A program made the translations under genes and the position numbers. From NCBI GenBank assembly GCA_958296105.1, contig OY282441.1, positions 1,813,800-1,877,799 on the forward strand: 64,000 nt of DNA, in the 5' to 3' direction. The notes under the pieces are model-generated. The model made no database searches and was not told where the DNA came from. It was given only the letters and a program-made list of their open reading frames with translations. Shown in pieces: positions 1-8,074 of this stretch; position 1 is the stretch's first letter; every line of letters starts with the position of its first letter. The stretch comes from an uncultured Dehalococcoidia bacterium (lineage in GTDB: Bacteria > Chloroflexota > Dehalococcoidia > Lucifugimonadales > UBA1123).

Positions 1-762
1 GGCGCGCAGACCATCACCGTCACGCTGCACGACGGATCCAGCCTCGACGCCAGCGTGGTCGGGCGCGATCCGACTACCGATCTGGCGGTCATCAGGATCG
101 AGGCGGACGGTCTCGAACCCGCGCTGCTGGGGCAATCCTCCGAGCTTCAGGTCGGGGAGGACGTGATAGCCATAGGCCACGTGATGGGGCTTTCGGGCGC
201 GCCGTCCGTGAGCAAGGGGGTCGTCAGCGCGCTGGAGCGATCCATCGACACCGCCCGCAGCTCCACCATAGTGGACCTGATCCAGACGGACGCATCCATC
301 AATCCCGGCAACAGCGGCGGTCCGCTGGTCAACTCCGCGGCAGAGGTCATCGGCATCAACACCGCCATCGTGCGCGGCGGACAGGGCATTGGCTTCGCAG
401 TCAACATAGACGACGCGAAGATCGTGGCAAAGCAGCTCATAGACAACGGCTTCGTTCGGCGCGGCTACCTCGGCGTGCTGCCGTCCTCGCTGACGCCGAT
501 ACTCTCCTCTCGGCTGGGCATCGACACGGACTCGAAGGGCGTCCTGCTGCATCGAGTGATCCCGGGTACCCCGGCGGAGCGCGCCGGACTGGAGCAGTGG
601 GACATCATCCTTGCGATGGATGGGCAGAGATTCCAGAACAACGGCGAGATGTCCAAGTTCCTCATCTCGCGCCAGCCGGGAGACACCGTAGAGGTCGACG
701 TGCTGAGAGACGGCGAGGAGATCAGGCTGGAGCTGGTTCTGGGGACGAGACCAGACAACTGA
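1..762 (+). CDS. HtrA/DegP-family serine protease, C-terminal part (end of protease core + PDZ); 5' end outside window
   Basis: Frame 1 is open from base 1 ([33 protein letters not shown]). Catalytic-Ser motif GNSGGPL. PDZ-like segment RGYLGV...[21 protein letters not shown]-track 55..762 is the in-window tail. Confidence 0.85.
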   Translation, partial: GAQTITVTLHDGSSLDASVVGRDPTTDLAVIRIEADGLEPALLGQSSELQVGEDVIAIGHVMGLSGAPSVSKGVVSALERSIDTARSSTIVDLIQTDASINPGNSGGPLVNSAAEVIGINTAIVRGGQGIGFAVNIDDAKIVAKQLIDNGFVRRGYLGVLPSSLTPILSSRLGIDTDSKGVLLHRVIPGTPAERAGLEQWDIILAMDGQRFQNNGEMSKFLISRQPGDTVEVDVLRDGEEIRLELVLGTRPDN

Positions 763-819
763 AGCCAGCCCCGACACTTGCGGCGCATCGCGCTAGGCAC
801 TAATATGGATCGCAGGATT

Positions 820-1347
820 ATGGCAGGGGCAAGAAACGAATTCACCAGTGTATCAAGGCTCAGCGCCGAGTCTTTCGGCGAGCCTGGCAGCAGGACGTTC
901 CGCATCCACGTGGACAGCGCCAGCAGCAGCGCGTCCATCTGGATAGAGAAGGAGCAGCTGCTTCAGCTCGCGCTGGCGATCCAGCATATGATGACGGCGC
1001 TTCCGGAGGACGCCGCCGCTTCCGGAAACCCTCCGGCCGAGCGCGAGGCGCCGGGACTGACCAGCCTCGACTTCAAGGTGATGAAGCTGGTGCTGGGCCA
1101 CGACAGTCGGCGCGGCCTGTTCGTCATAGACGCCCACGACGTGGACGACGAGGATCGAGCCACGATACGGGTCTGGGCGGACAGGCGGCAGCTCGAAGAC
1201 TTCTCCGAGCAGGCGCTCAGGGTGTGCGCCGCGGGACGCCCGCTATGCCCGCTGTGCGGAAGGGCGATTGACCCGGAAGGCCACAGGTGCGCGCGCGTCA
1301 ACGGCCATGCCAGGCTCGCGCCCGAAGACTTGGAAGAGTACGAGTAG
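820..1347 (+). CDS. DUF3090-family protein (TIGR03847-like)
   Basis: ORF 778..1347. Has FGEPGSRTFRIHV near the N-terminus and C-terminal CPLCGRAIDPEGHRCARVNGH, as I remember for DUF3090. Start at ATG 820 is chosen by homology logic (805 and 778 also possible). Confidence 0.65.
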   Translation: MAGARNEFTSVSRLSAESFGEPGSRTFRIHVDSASSSASIWIEKEQLLQLALAIQHMMTALPEDAAASGNPPAEREAPGLTSLDFKVMKLVLGHDSRRGLFVIDAHDVDDEDRATIRVWADRRQLEDFSEQALRVCAAGRPLCPLCGRAIDPEGHRCARVNGHARLAPEDLEEYE

Positions 1348-1438
1348 GCGGCAGGTCCGCGCACGGAGGGGACACTTGGCCCGCCGCAATCGACAAGCGC
1401 CTCGGACCGTCTTTCCCACGCCGGAGGGCGCGTCGCCC

Positions 1439-2167
1439 GTGGATCCGGACGACGAATCCGCGCGCAGCCTGCTGGAGTCTGGGGAGGTGACGGGCGGCCA
1501 CCGAATGCCCTGGGGGTCGAACTACACCTTCCTAGTCTGGATAGACGCCGGCCCCGGCCGCTACTTCCGCGCGATCTACAAGCCGCGAGACGGCGAGCGC
1601 CCGCTCTGGGACTTTCCCATCGGCTCGCTGTACAAGCGCGAGCGCGCCGCATTCCTGCTGAGCCGACTTCTGGGCTGGCCCAACATCCCGCTGACGGTGA
1701 TCAGAGACGGCCCCTACGGGGTCGGCATGTTCCAGAGCTACGTGGAGTGCGACCCGGACATCACCTACTTCGACATCGTGAAAGACGAGGCGGCTAGGGA
1801 AGACCTGCTCGAGATCATGGTGTTCGACCTGATGACGAACAACGCCGACCGCAAGGGCGGCCACTGCATCGTCGGCGCGGACGAGCGCATCTGGAGCATC
1901 GACCACGGGCTGACGTTCCACCCCAGCTTCAAGTTGCGAACCGTGATGATGGAGTTCTGGGGAACGTCGATTCCGTCGCGCATCGTCTCCGATCTGGGCG
2001 CGCTCCACCGCAAGCTGGAGAGCGAGGCGGCAGCGAGCGCGAGCCTGCGCGAGCTGCTGCGCGGCCCCGAGCTGAAGGCGCTGAAGAAGCGTCTGCGCTT
2101 CCTCATAAGGGACCCCGTGGTCCCCAACCTCGACCCAGGCTACAACGTCCCCTGGCCGTTCGTGTGA
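1439..2167 (+). CDS. SCO1664-family protein (TIGR03843-like, PI3/4-kinase-like fold)
   Basis: ORF 1268..2167. GSNYTFLVWIDAG...YKPRDGERPLWDFP...NNADRKGGHCIV...IWSIDHGLTFH resembles the SCO1664 family that normally follows DUF3090. GTG 1439 avoids overlap with the upstream gene; the start is uncertain. Confidence 0.6.
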   Translation: MDPDDESARSLLESGEVTGGHRMPWGSNYTFLVWIDAGPGRYFRAIYKPRDGERPLWDFPIGSLYKRERAAFLLSRLLGWPNIPLTVIRDGPYGVGMFQSYVECDPDITYFDIVKDEAAREDLLEIMVFDLMTNNADRKGGHCIVGADERIWSIDHGLTFHPSFKLRTVMMEFWGTSIPSRIVSDLGALHRKLESEAAASASLRELLRGPELKALKKRLRFLIRDPVVPNLDPGYNVPWPFV

Positions 2168-2300
2168 CGCCCGCGCCCGGCGCATCGCCGCTATAACTGT
2201 CGGACCGCGTGGCGCGCGTGTTGACTCGACCATTGCCCAGTCTTAGAATAGTGCCAACAAGAAGATGATGGAAGACGCACGAACCCACGGGAGGGAATAT

Positions 2301-2489
2301 TTGGCACACGTAAGTTTGCGAGAGGGCGAAGACCCCGAAGCCCTGCTGAAGCGCTTTCAGACTTCGATGCAGCGGTCAGGGATTCTGAGGGAGCTGCGAA
2401 ACCGCCGCTTCTTCCGAACGAAGGGCGAGCAGACAAGGCTGGACAAGCAGCGCAGCCTGCGACGCATCCGCCGACGCCGACGCCGTTAG
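2301..2489 (+). CDS. rpsU: 30S ribosomal protein S21
   Basis: ORF 2265..2489. (M)AHVSLREGEDPEALLKRFQTSMQRSGILRELRNRRFFRTKGEQ plus a basic tail matches the S21 pattern. TTG 2301 is preceded by GGGAGG (2289-2294). Confidence 0.8.
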   Translation: MAHVSLREGEDPEALLKRFQTSMQRSGILRELRNRRFFRTKGEQTRLDKQRSLRRIRRRRRR

Positions 2490-2511
2490 CCCATCGTCGT
2501 CCGAAAGGCGA

Positions 2512-3783
2512 TCACTCCCAGAGCCACTGGACATCGCCGATTCGGACGATGTCTCCAGAACCTACGCCCGCCTCTTCCAGCGCCACGATCACGCCGGCGC
2601 GCCGAAGCCGGTTGTAAAACTGCATCTTCGCGCCCCAGTCGTCAGGATCGACCATGCTCGCCATGCGCTCGGCGGGCTGCCACTCCACCACGAAGTCGCC
2701 AGCATCGTCCACGTAGACCAGCGGCCTGCGTCGGCGCGGCGTAGGGCGCAGCACAGGCACGCCCCCGCCGCCGTCCAGCTCCACCTCATCCGGGGCCGAG
2801 CGCAGCGCGGCGAGCGTCGAATCCAGCAGGTCATCGACCCCCTCGCGCGTGACCGCCGAGACGAAGCGGATATCCGCGCAATCTCCATCACGGGCGAACG
2901 CGGCGGCGATGTCGTCCCTCAGCACGGATACATCTGTGAGATCGAGCTTGTTTACAGCCACGATCTGCGGCTTGCGCGCCAGACCGTGGCCATACTGCGC
3001 AAGCTCGGCGTTGATCTTGAGATACTCGGCCACTGGGTCGTCCAGCGAGCCGTCGATCAGGTGGATGAGAACGCGGGTGCGCTCGACGTGTCTGAGGAAC
3101 TCGAGGCCAAGCCCCGCGCCGCTGTGCGCGCCCTCGATCAGGCCGGGTATATCCACCATCACGAACGTATCGCCGCGATGCTCGACCACTCCAAGCGCCG
3201 GCTCCAGCGTGGTGAACGGGTAGTCTGCGACCTTCGGCCTCGCCGCGGACACGACCGCCAGCAGGCTGGACTTGCCCGCGTTCGGCGAGCCGATGATGCC
3301 CACGTCCGCGAGGAGCTTCAGCTCCAGGCGCAGATCCAGCTCCTCGCCCGGCGCGCCCGACTGAGCCAGCAGGGGAAAGCGGTTCGTGGAAGTGGCGTAC
3401 CTCGCGTTGCCCGCGCCGCCCTGCCCGCCCTTCGCGGCGAGCAGCGTCTGGCCCGACGTGTCTAGATCGGCGAGCAGCCGCTCAGCGGGTCGGTCCATCC
3501 ACACCTGAGTTCCCACCGGCACGGGGAGCGTGATGTCCGGCCCGTTCCTGCCGTGCTTCAGCTTGCCCTCGCCTCGCCGCCCGTCCCCCGCGCTGAACTG
3601 CCGCCTGTACCTGTAGTAGAGCAGTGTGTTGACGTTGGAGTCCGCGACCAAGAACACGCTTCCGCCCGCGCCTCCGTCTCCCCCATCCGGGCCGCCCCGC
3701 GGCACGTACTTCTCACGCCGCCCGCTGATGGCGCCGTTTCCACCGCTTCCGCTCTTTATTTTAATTGTGATTCTGTCGATCAT
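2512..3783 (-). CDS. obg: GTPase Obg/CgtA
   Basis: N-terminal Gly-rich Obg fold (IKSGSGGNGAISGRREKYVPRGGPDGGDGGAGGSVF). G1 motif GSPNAGKSSLL. DIPGLIEGA and NKLD motifs. C-terminal OCT-like extension. Confidence 0.95.
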   Translation of the reverse strand: MIDRITIKIKSGSGGNGAISGRREKYVPRGGPDGGDGGAGGSVFLVADSNVNTLLYYRYRRQFSAGDGRRGEGKLKHGRNGPDITLPVPVGTQVWMDRPAERLLADLDTSGQTLLAAKGGQGGAGNARYATSTNRFPLLAQSGAPGEELDLRLELKLLADVGIIGSPNAGKSSLLAVVSAARPKVADYPFTTLEPALGVVEHRGDTFVMVDIPGLIEGAHSGAGLGLEFLRHVERTRVLIHLIDGSLDDPVAEYLKINAELAQYGHGLARKPQIVAVNKLDLTDVSVLRDDIAAAFARDGDCADIRFVSAVTREGVDDLLDSTLAALRSAPDEVELDGGGGVPVLRPTPRRRRPLVYVDDAGDFVVEWQPAERMASMVDPDDWGAKMQFYNRLRRAGVIVALEEAGVGSGDIVRIGDVQWLWE

Positions 3784-3838
3784 CTTCTTTCAGAGAATGC
3801 CTGCATAAGGCTAACAGTAACAGTAATGGCGTAGACAA

Positions 3839-4110
3839 CGTCGATAACTCGATCAGCGAGCTGGGGATTCGTACTTGGTTGGGCGCGTGGGCGCAGTCGG
3901 CTGGGTGGGGATAACGTGTCGATAAGTGTGGAATATATGAGCGAGGAGTTGTCTATACAAGTTCTAGTAACTGTTCGGCGTGGCATGTTGTCGACAACTG
4001 AATACAGTTATCGACATTAACAGCTTGGTTATCGACATATTTACCCCCTGCGAGTCGATTTCTTGTCTTGATAGACGTCGAAAAATTGGTTAGCCGCAGT
4101 TAGAAAAAAG
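3839..4110. other. Candidate oriC: cluster of DnaA-box-like 9-mers plus an AT-rich tract, between dnaA 3' end and obg 5' end
   Basis: TTATCGACA at 4008-4016 and 4029-4037 (direct, 21 bp apart). Its reverse complement TGTCGATAA at 3917-3925. TTATCGACg (reverse) at 3839-3847. TTgTCGACA at 3988-3996. AT-rich aaaaattggttagccgcagttagaaaaaag at 4081-4110. Locally much lower GC than the flanks. Confidence 0.5.
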
Positions 4111-4127
4111 GGGGCGCGTTGGGGGTG

Positions 4128-5498
4128 TCAGAGAGCCGCCAGCGCCTCTCTGATGTTGATTATGTCGCGCCGCAGGTGAGGGTCGACGTTCAGCTGGTTG
4201 GCTATGCGTTCACAGCCGTGCATAACCGTATTGTGGGCTTTGCCGCCGAGCGCTTTGCCGATTGCCGACTGGCCAAGCTGGGACTCCTCTCGCAGAAGAT
4301 ACATTGCCACCTGACGCGCTTGGGAGGTCTTCTTGTCGCGCTTGCGCCCCTTGAGAGTCCCGATGCTGACCCCGAAGTGAGACGCCACCGCGGCGATGAC
4401 CTCGCGCTCCGGGATCTGGCGGTCCGCGGCGGTGTCCACCATGTCGGCGATGGTGCGCTTCACTAGGTCGATCGTGACGGGCGCGCCGGTCAGGTCGGCG
4501 AACGCCAGCACCCTGTTCAGACTGCCTTCGAGCTCGCGTATGTTCCTGTGGATGCGCTGGGCGAGGAATTCCAGCACCTCGTCCGGGACGAGCTGACGCG
4601 CGCCTTCGGACATCGCCTTGAGAATGGCGATGCGCGTCTCGATGTCCGGCGGCTGTATGTCGACCACGAGGCCGCCAGCCAGCCGCGACTGGATGCGGTC
4701 TTCGAGCAGCGAGAGCGCGGACACCGGGCGGTCCGAAGTCAGCACTATCTGGCGGTTGGACATGTGGAGCGCGTTGAAGGTGTGGAAGAACCCCTCCTGC
4801 GTCTGCTCCTTGCCGATGAGGAACTGAACATCGTCCAGCAGAAGCACGTCCGCGCTGCGGTATCTGCCCCTGAAGCCCTCGGTCGTCCCCTCCCTGATGG
4901 CGCGTATGTAGGCGTTCGTGAACTCCTCGGTGGTCGAGTAGATGACGGACATGCCGCGCGAGCTTATGCGGTGGCCGATAGCCTGCATGAGGTGGGTCTT
5001 GCCCATTCCCACGTCCGAGTACATGACCAGCGGGTTGTACAGGCTGCCGGGCTTCTCGGCCACGGCCATGCTCGCGGCGTGGGCAAGCTCGTTGGACTTG
5101 CCCACGATGAACCGCTCGAAGGTGTAGCGCGAGTTGAAGGGGGTGGATGCGCGGCTCGGACGCGGCTCGGACTCGCCGGGGGCGCTCGTGTCCGAGTCGG
5201 CCAGCGTCTCGTAGCGCGCCCCATACTCGCCGTTTGCCGAAGACGCGACCGCGAAGCGCACCTCGACCTCGCGCTCCACCAGCCCTTCCAGCGTCTGCGA
5301 GATGAGGGAGTACATACGCTGCTCCAGCATCTCTGCCACGAATGCGTTGGGAGCGCCCACCGTGAACTCGCCGCCGTCGTACCGGACGCCGACCGTCTCC
5401 TTGAGCCAAGTCTCGTAGTTCGGTCTCGTGACGCGCATTTGCATCTGCCCCAGAGCGGATTCCCAGAGCGCGGCGGGATCATGTTCGGCGGTGGTCAT
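4128..5498 (-). CDS. dnaA: Chromosomal replication initiator DnaA
   Basis: ORF 4128..5594. Walker A GMGKTHLMQAIG, LLLDDVQF, sensor and box VII region, C-terminal DNA-binding HTH (KKTSQARQVAMYLLRE...GGKAHNTVMHGCERI). ATG 5498 (MTTAEHDPAALWESALGQ) is preceded by GAGGA. Confidence 0.95.
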   Translation of the reverse strand: MTTAEHDPAALWESALGQMQMRVTRPNYETWLKETVGVRYDGGEFTVGAPNAFVAEMLEQRMYSLISQTLEGLVEREVEVRFAVASSANGEYGARYETLADSDTSAPGESEPRPSRASTPFNSRYTFERFIVGKSNELAHAASMAVAEKPGSLYNPLVMYSDVGMGKTHLMQAIGHRISSRGMSVIYSTTEEFTNAYIRAIREGTTEGFRGRYRSADVLLLDDVQFLIGKEQTQEGFFHTFNALHMSNRQIVLTSDRPVSALSLLEDRIQSRLAGGLVVDIQPPDIETRIAILKAMSEGARQLVPDEVLEFLAQRIHRNIRELEGSLNRVLAFADLTGAPVTIDLVKRTIADMVDTAADRQIPEREVIAAVASHFGVSIGTLKGRKRDKKTSQARQVAMYLLREESQLGQSAIGKALGGKAHNTVMHGCERIANQLNVDPHLRRDIINIREALAAL

Positions 5499-5531
5499 AC
5501 GTCTTTCCTCGCCCTCAGTGCAGGGCATCTG

Positions 5532-5540
5532 ATCATAACA
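5532..5540 (-). promoter_or_regulatory. Possible extended -10 element (TGTTATGAT) for dnaA
   Basis: The minus strand reads TGTTATGAT about 34 nt upstream of ATG 5498. No convincing -35 element. Confidence 0.25.
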
Positions 5541-5624
5541 CGCGCAAGGCGATTTGGGATTGGCTGCCGCTGTCGGGAGGTTGCGAAAGTCCATGCTTGG
5601 CGCGCGTCGGATCGTCTCTTACTC

Positions 5625-6041
5625 TTATATCTTCTCTCCTAGAAAATCGGTCAGGCGGTCAGCGGTCGCGCCCACGTCGCGCAGGTCGCATTCCCACACC
5701 GTCATCACCTCCCAGCCCGCTTCTTCGAGCGACGCCAAGTTACGCTCGTCGCGCGCGCGGTTTCGGTTCAGCTTGGCGATCCAGTAGTCCTGATTGGAAG
5801 ACGGGATACGAACGTGGTCGCAGCCCTCGTGCAGGTGCCAGAAGCAGCCGTTGACGAATACGACCTTGCGCCGCGACGGGAAGACCAGATCGGGGCGTCC
5901 CGGCAAGTCCGCCCGATGCAGGCGGTAGCGATAGCCTAGCCCGTGCAGCAGACGGCGCACGCGCATCTCGGGCTTCATGCCTTTGGATTTGACCCGCGCC
6001 ATAATCGCGCTGCGGACTTGAGGGGTTACGGTGTCGACCAT
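5625..6041 (-). CDS. vsr: Very-short-patch repair endonuclease Vsr
   Basis: SAIMARVKSKGMKPEMRVRRLLHGLGYRYRLHRADLPGRPDLVFPSRRKVVFVNGCFWHLHEGC...YWIAKLNRNRARD is a typical Vsr signature. Confidence 0.9.
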   Translation of the reverse strand: MVDTVTPQVRSAIMARVKSKGMKPEMRVRRLLHGLGYRYRLHRADLPGRPDLVFPSRRKVVFVNGCFWHLHEGCDHVRIPSSNQDYWIAKLNRNRARDERNLASLEEAGWEVMTVWECDLRDVGATADRLTDFLGEKI

Positions 6042-6054
6042 GTTCGAGAGTCCG

Positions 6055-6789
6055 TTAGCTAAAGAAATCTACCCAGCTATCCGAGTAGCCAAGACTATTG
6101 AGGACATCCACGGGGTCGAGCGCGTTGGGTTTCTTTATCTGAAACGAGCGCGCTGAAGCGGCTACTTGCCTGATGATGGTGAACTGAGACCCGTGCGGCT
6201 GCCATGTGAAGGTGTGAAATCCATCGTGAACGTTGCATCCCTCTAAATTGTTGCGCCGATTCAGAGTCCATATGTATTCGGCTGGGTCGAATGCGACCGT
6301 CTGTTGCTCGAATATCTTGAATTGGAATCTTTCCATGTCGCGCATCAAAACGACAGTGCGAAGTTGTGGATATTCTTGCGTCGCTTCTTCGACGCGGGCG
6401 TTCCAGATTTGCAAGACTTGATTACCTGTCTCTTGGAGATCGGCGAGTGGGTCATCGTTGCCGAACGAAAACACGGGAGAGTTTCGGCCTGAGATCAGAC
6501 GCACTCTATCCGCTCGCCTGGGGTTGTTCGACTTCACGGTTTTGGCGGACCAAGCCGTACTGCCCAGCGCGATGTCCGCAATCCCTAGCGGGCTGTTCAG
6601 GTGAACGCCGTTGACGGACATCGCGAAAACGTCTCCCCATTCGTCACCCGACATATCTCTGGCGTTCACCGCTGTCAAGTAAACGATGTTGCTTGCGATT
6701 GACAGGATAACGGAGTCCGGAATCCGGCCGAGAGGATATGGCGTGGAGCTGGTCCAGCCCCCCCTGAGTTTCGGTCTTCGATAGGCCAT
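6055..6789 (-). CDS. Putative type II restriction endonuclease (function inferred from context only)
   Basis: A 244-aa ORF lying between a C5-MTase and vsr on the same strand. Visibly more AT-rich than its surroundings. ATG 6789 is preceded by GAGGA. No family recognised by eye. Confidence 0.4.
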   Translation of the reverse strand: MAYRRPKLRGGWTSSTPYPLGRIPDSVILSIASNIVYLTAVNARDMSGDEWGDVFAMSVNGVHLNSPLGIADIALGSTAWSAKTVKSNNPRRADRVRLISGRNSPVFSFGNDDPLADLQETGNQVLQIWNARVEEATQEYPQLRTVVLMRDMERFQFKIFEQQTVAFDPAEYIWTLNRRNNLEGCNVHDGFHTFTWQPHGSQFTIIRQVAASARSFQIKKPNALDPVDVLNSLGYSDSWVDFFS

Positions 6790-7693
6790 CGAGCATTTTC
6801 CTCAAAATCGCTTCTACCACCGCGACAGGAACGGCGTTGCCCGTCTGCTTTCGTGTCTGCTGGTACGAGCCGGGCAGATCGAACCACTCCGGGAAGCCTT
6901 GCAGTCGGAGCATCTCCCTAGGGGTCAGCCGCCGTTCGCCATTCACCAGCAGGTAGTTGTAGGACGCGCCGGCGCGCAAAGCGCAGGAGAACGGATGGCT
7001 GGATACGTTGCCGCCCTTGTTTTCGTGCCAGATGGACAGGGCGTACCGGCTTTGGTGTTTGGCTTTGCGCTTGGTTCGTATCATGTCGCTGGCGAAGTAC
7101 TTGGGGGGGACGTCGCGCTCCAGAGCGGATTCCAGCGGCGGCGGGTCGCCGAGCGGTTGGGGCCACTCGAACGGCGTGGAGCCGTCTCTGAAGCCGACGA
7201 TGAACGTTCGCTCGCGCTTCTGCGCCAAGCCGAAGTCGAGCGCGTTCAGTATCTTCCAGCGCGCCGCGTAGCCTAGCTCGTCCAAGACGTCCATAATGCG
7301 GCGCAGCGTCCGCCCCTTGTCGTGTGAGCTTAGCTGGCGGACGTTTTCGAGAAGCAGCGCTCGCGGCCGCTTGGCGTCTATGACCGTCGCCAGATCGAAG
7401 AACAGTGTCCCGCGCGTGTCCTTGAAGCCCCTCATTTGGCCGATTATGCTGAACGGCTGGCAGGGGAAGCCCGCCGTAAGCAGGTCGTGGTCGGGAACAG
7501 CGGCGGGGTCTATCTCGGCGATGTCCCCGCGCGGCTCGATGCCGAAGTTGCGCACGTAAGCGCGTCTCGCCTTCGGGTCGATGTCGCAGGCGAAGACACA
7601 CTCCATCCCAAGCCCGGACGCGGCGACGTGAAAGCCGCCGATGCCACAGAACATGTCCGCGAACGTCAGGCGCGCGGATTGTCCGTTGGTCAT
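6644..7693 (-). CDS. DNA (cytosine-5)-methyltransferase
   Basis: ORF 6644..7846. Motif I FADMFCGIGGF, motif IV GFPCQPFS, motif VI ENV, QKRERTFIVG, LTPREMLRLQGFP, motif X GNAVPV. ATG 7693 (MTNGQSARLTFADMF) is the likely start. Confidence 0.9.
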   Translation of the reverse strand: MTNGQSARLTFADMFCGIGGFHVAASGLGMECVFACDIDPKARRAYVRNFGIEPRGDIAEIDPAAVPDHDLLTAGFPCQPFSIIGQMRGFKDTRGTLFFDLATVIDAKRPRALLLENVRQLSSHDKGRTLRRIMDVLDELGYAARWKILNALDFGLAQKRERTFIVGFRDGSTPFEWPQPLGDPPPLESALERDVPPKYFASDMIRTKRKAKHQSRYALSIWHENKGGNVSSHPFSCALRAGASYNYLLVNGERRLTPREMLRLQGFPEWFDLPGSYQQTRKQTGNAVPVAVVEAILRKMLDGLSKTETQGGLDQLHAISSRPDSGLRYPVNRKQHRLLDSGERQRYVG

Positions 7694-8074
7694 ACGTTGA
7701 GACCCCCTACTGTCCGCAATACTACCGAATGGTGCGAAAGTCCGCAATCGGCGCGTGGGTTGGAAATTGGGGCGGGGGCGCGGGTCCATGCGGAGGTGGA
7801 AGGCTCCAAAAGCGGAGCGTCCCAATTTCGGCTTGACGTCCATCAAGCAAATTAAAGCGCGTTATACACGGATAACGCTAAAGACTAGGAAATTAGCCTT
7901 AGATATTCTAGCTTTTAGTGTCCAAATCTTGAAACAGAGATTTCATCTCCCCACATCATCAAACAACCATCAAGCAAACTTCGCCGCTCATGTTGCCCAG
8001 AACGGCAGGTAGGTTCGGCTTCGCGTTCCCGATTCAGGGTTTCGTATGAATATATACCCCGCTTCTGCGCCCCC

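Noticed and set aside
4210-5409. 399-aa ORF in an alternative frame of the same strand within dnaA. Similar long shadow ORFs occur at 4548..5642, 8034..9101, 9134..9916, 11574..13064, 13099..14187, 14239..15813 and 14483..15382.
   Set aside because: Each lies entirely inside a confidently identified gene in another frame or on the other strand. Their translations are Arg/Gly/Pro/Ala-rich with no motifs, which is the expected artefact of high-GC DNA lacking stop codons.
7859-7878. Inverted repeat GCGTTAT-N6-ATAACGC and TTATACACG / GGATAACGC (DnaA-box-like) in the AT-rich spacer upstream of the methyltransferase. Considered as a second origin element or a C-protein operator.
   Set aside because: Only one short palindrome, weak box matches, and no controller (C) protein gene. 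Mentioned only as part of the horizontally acquired R-M context.
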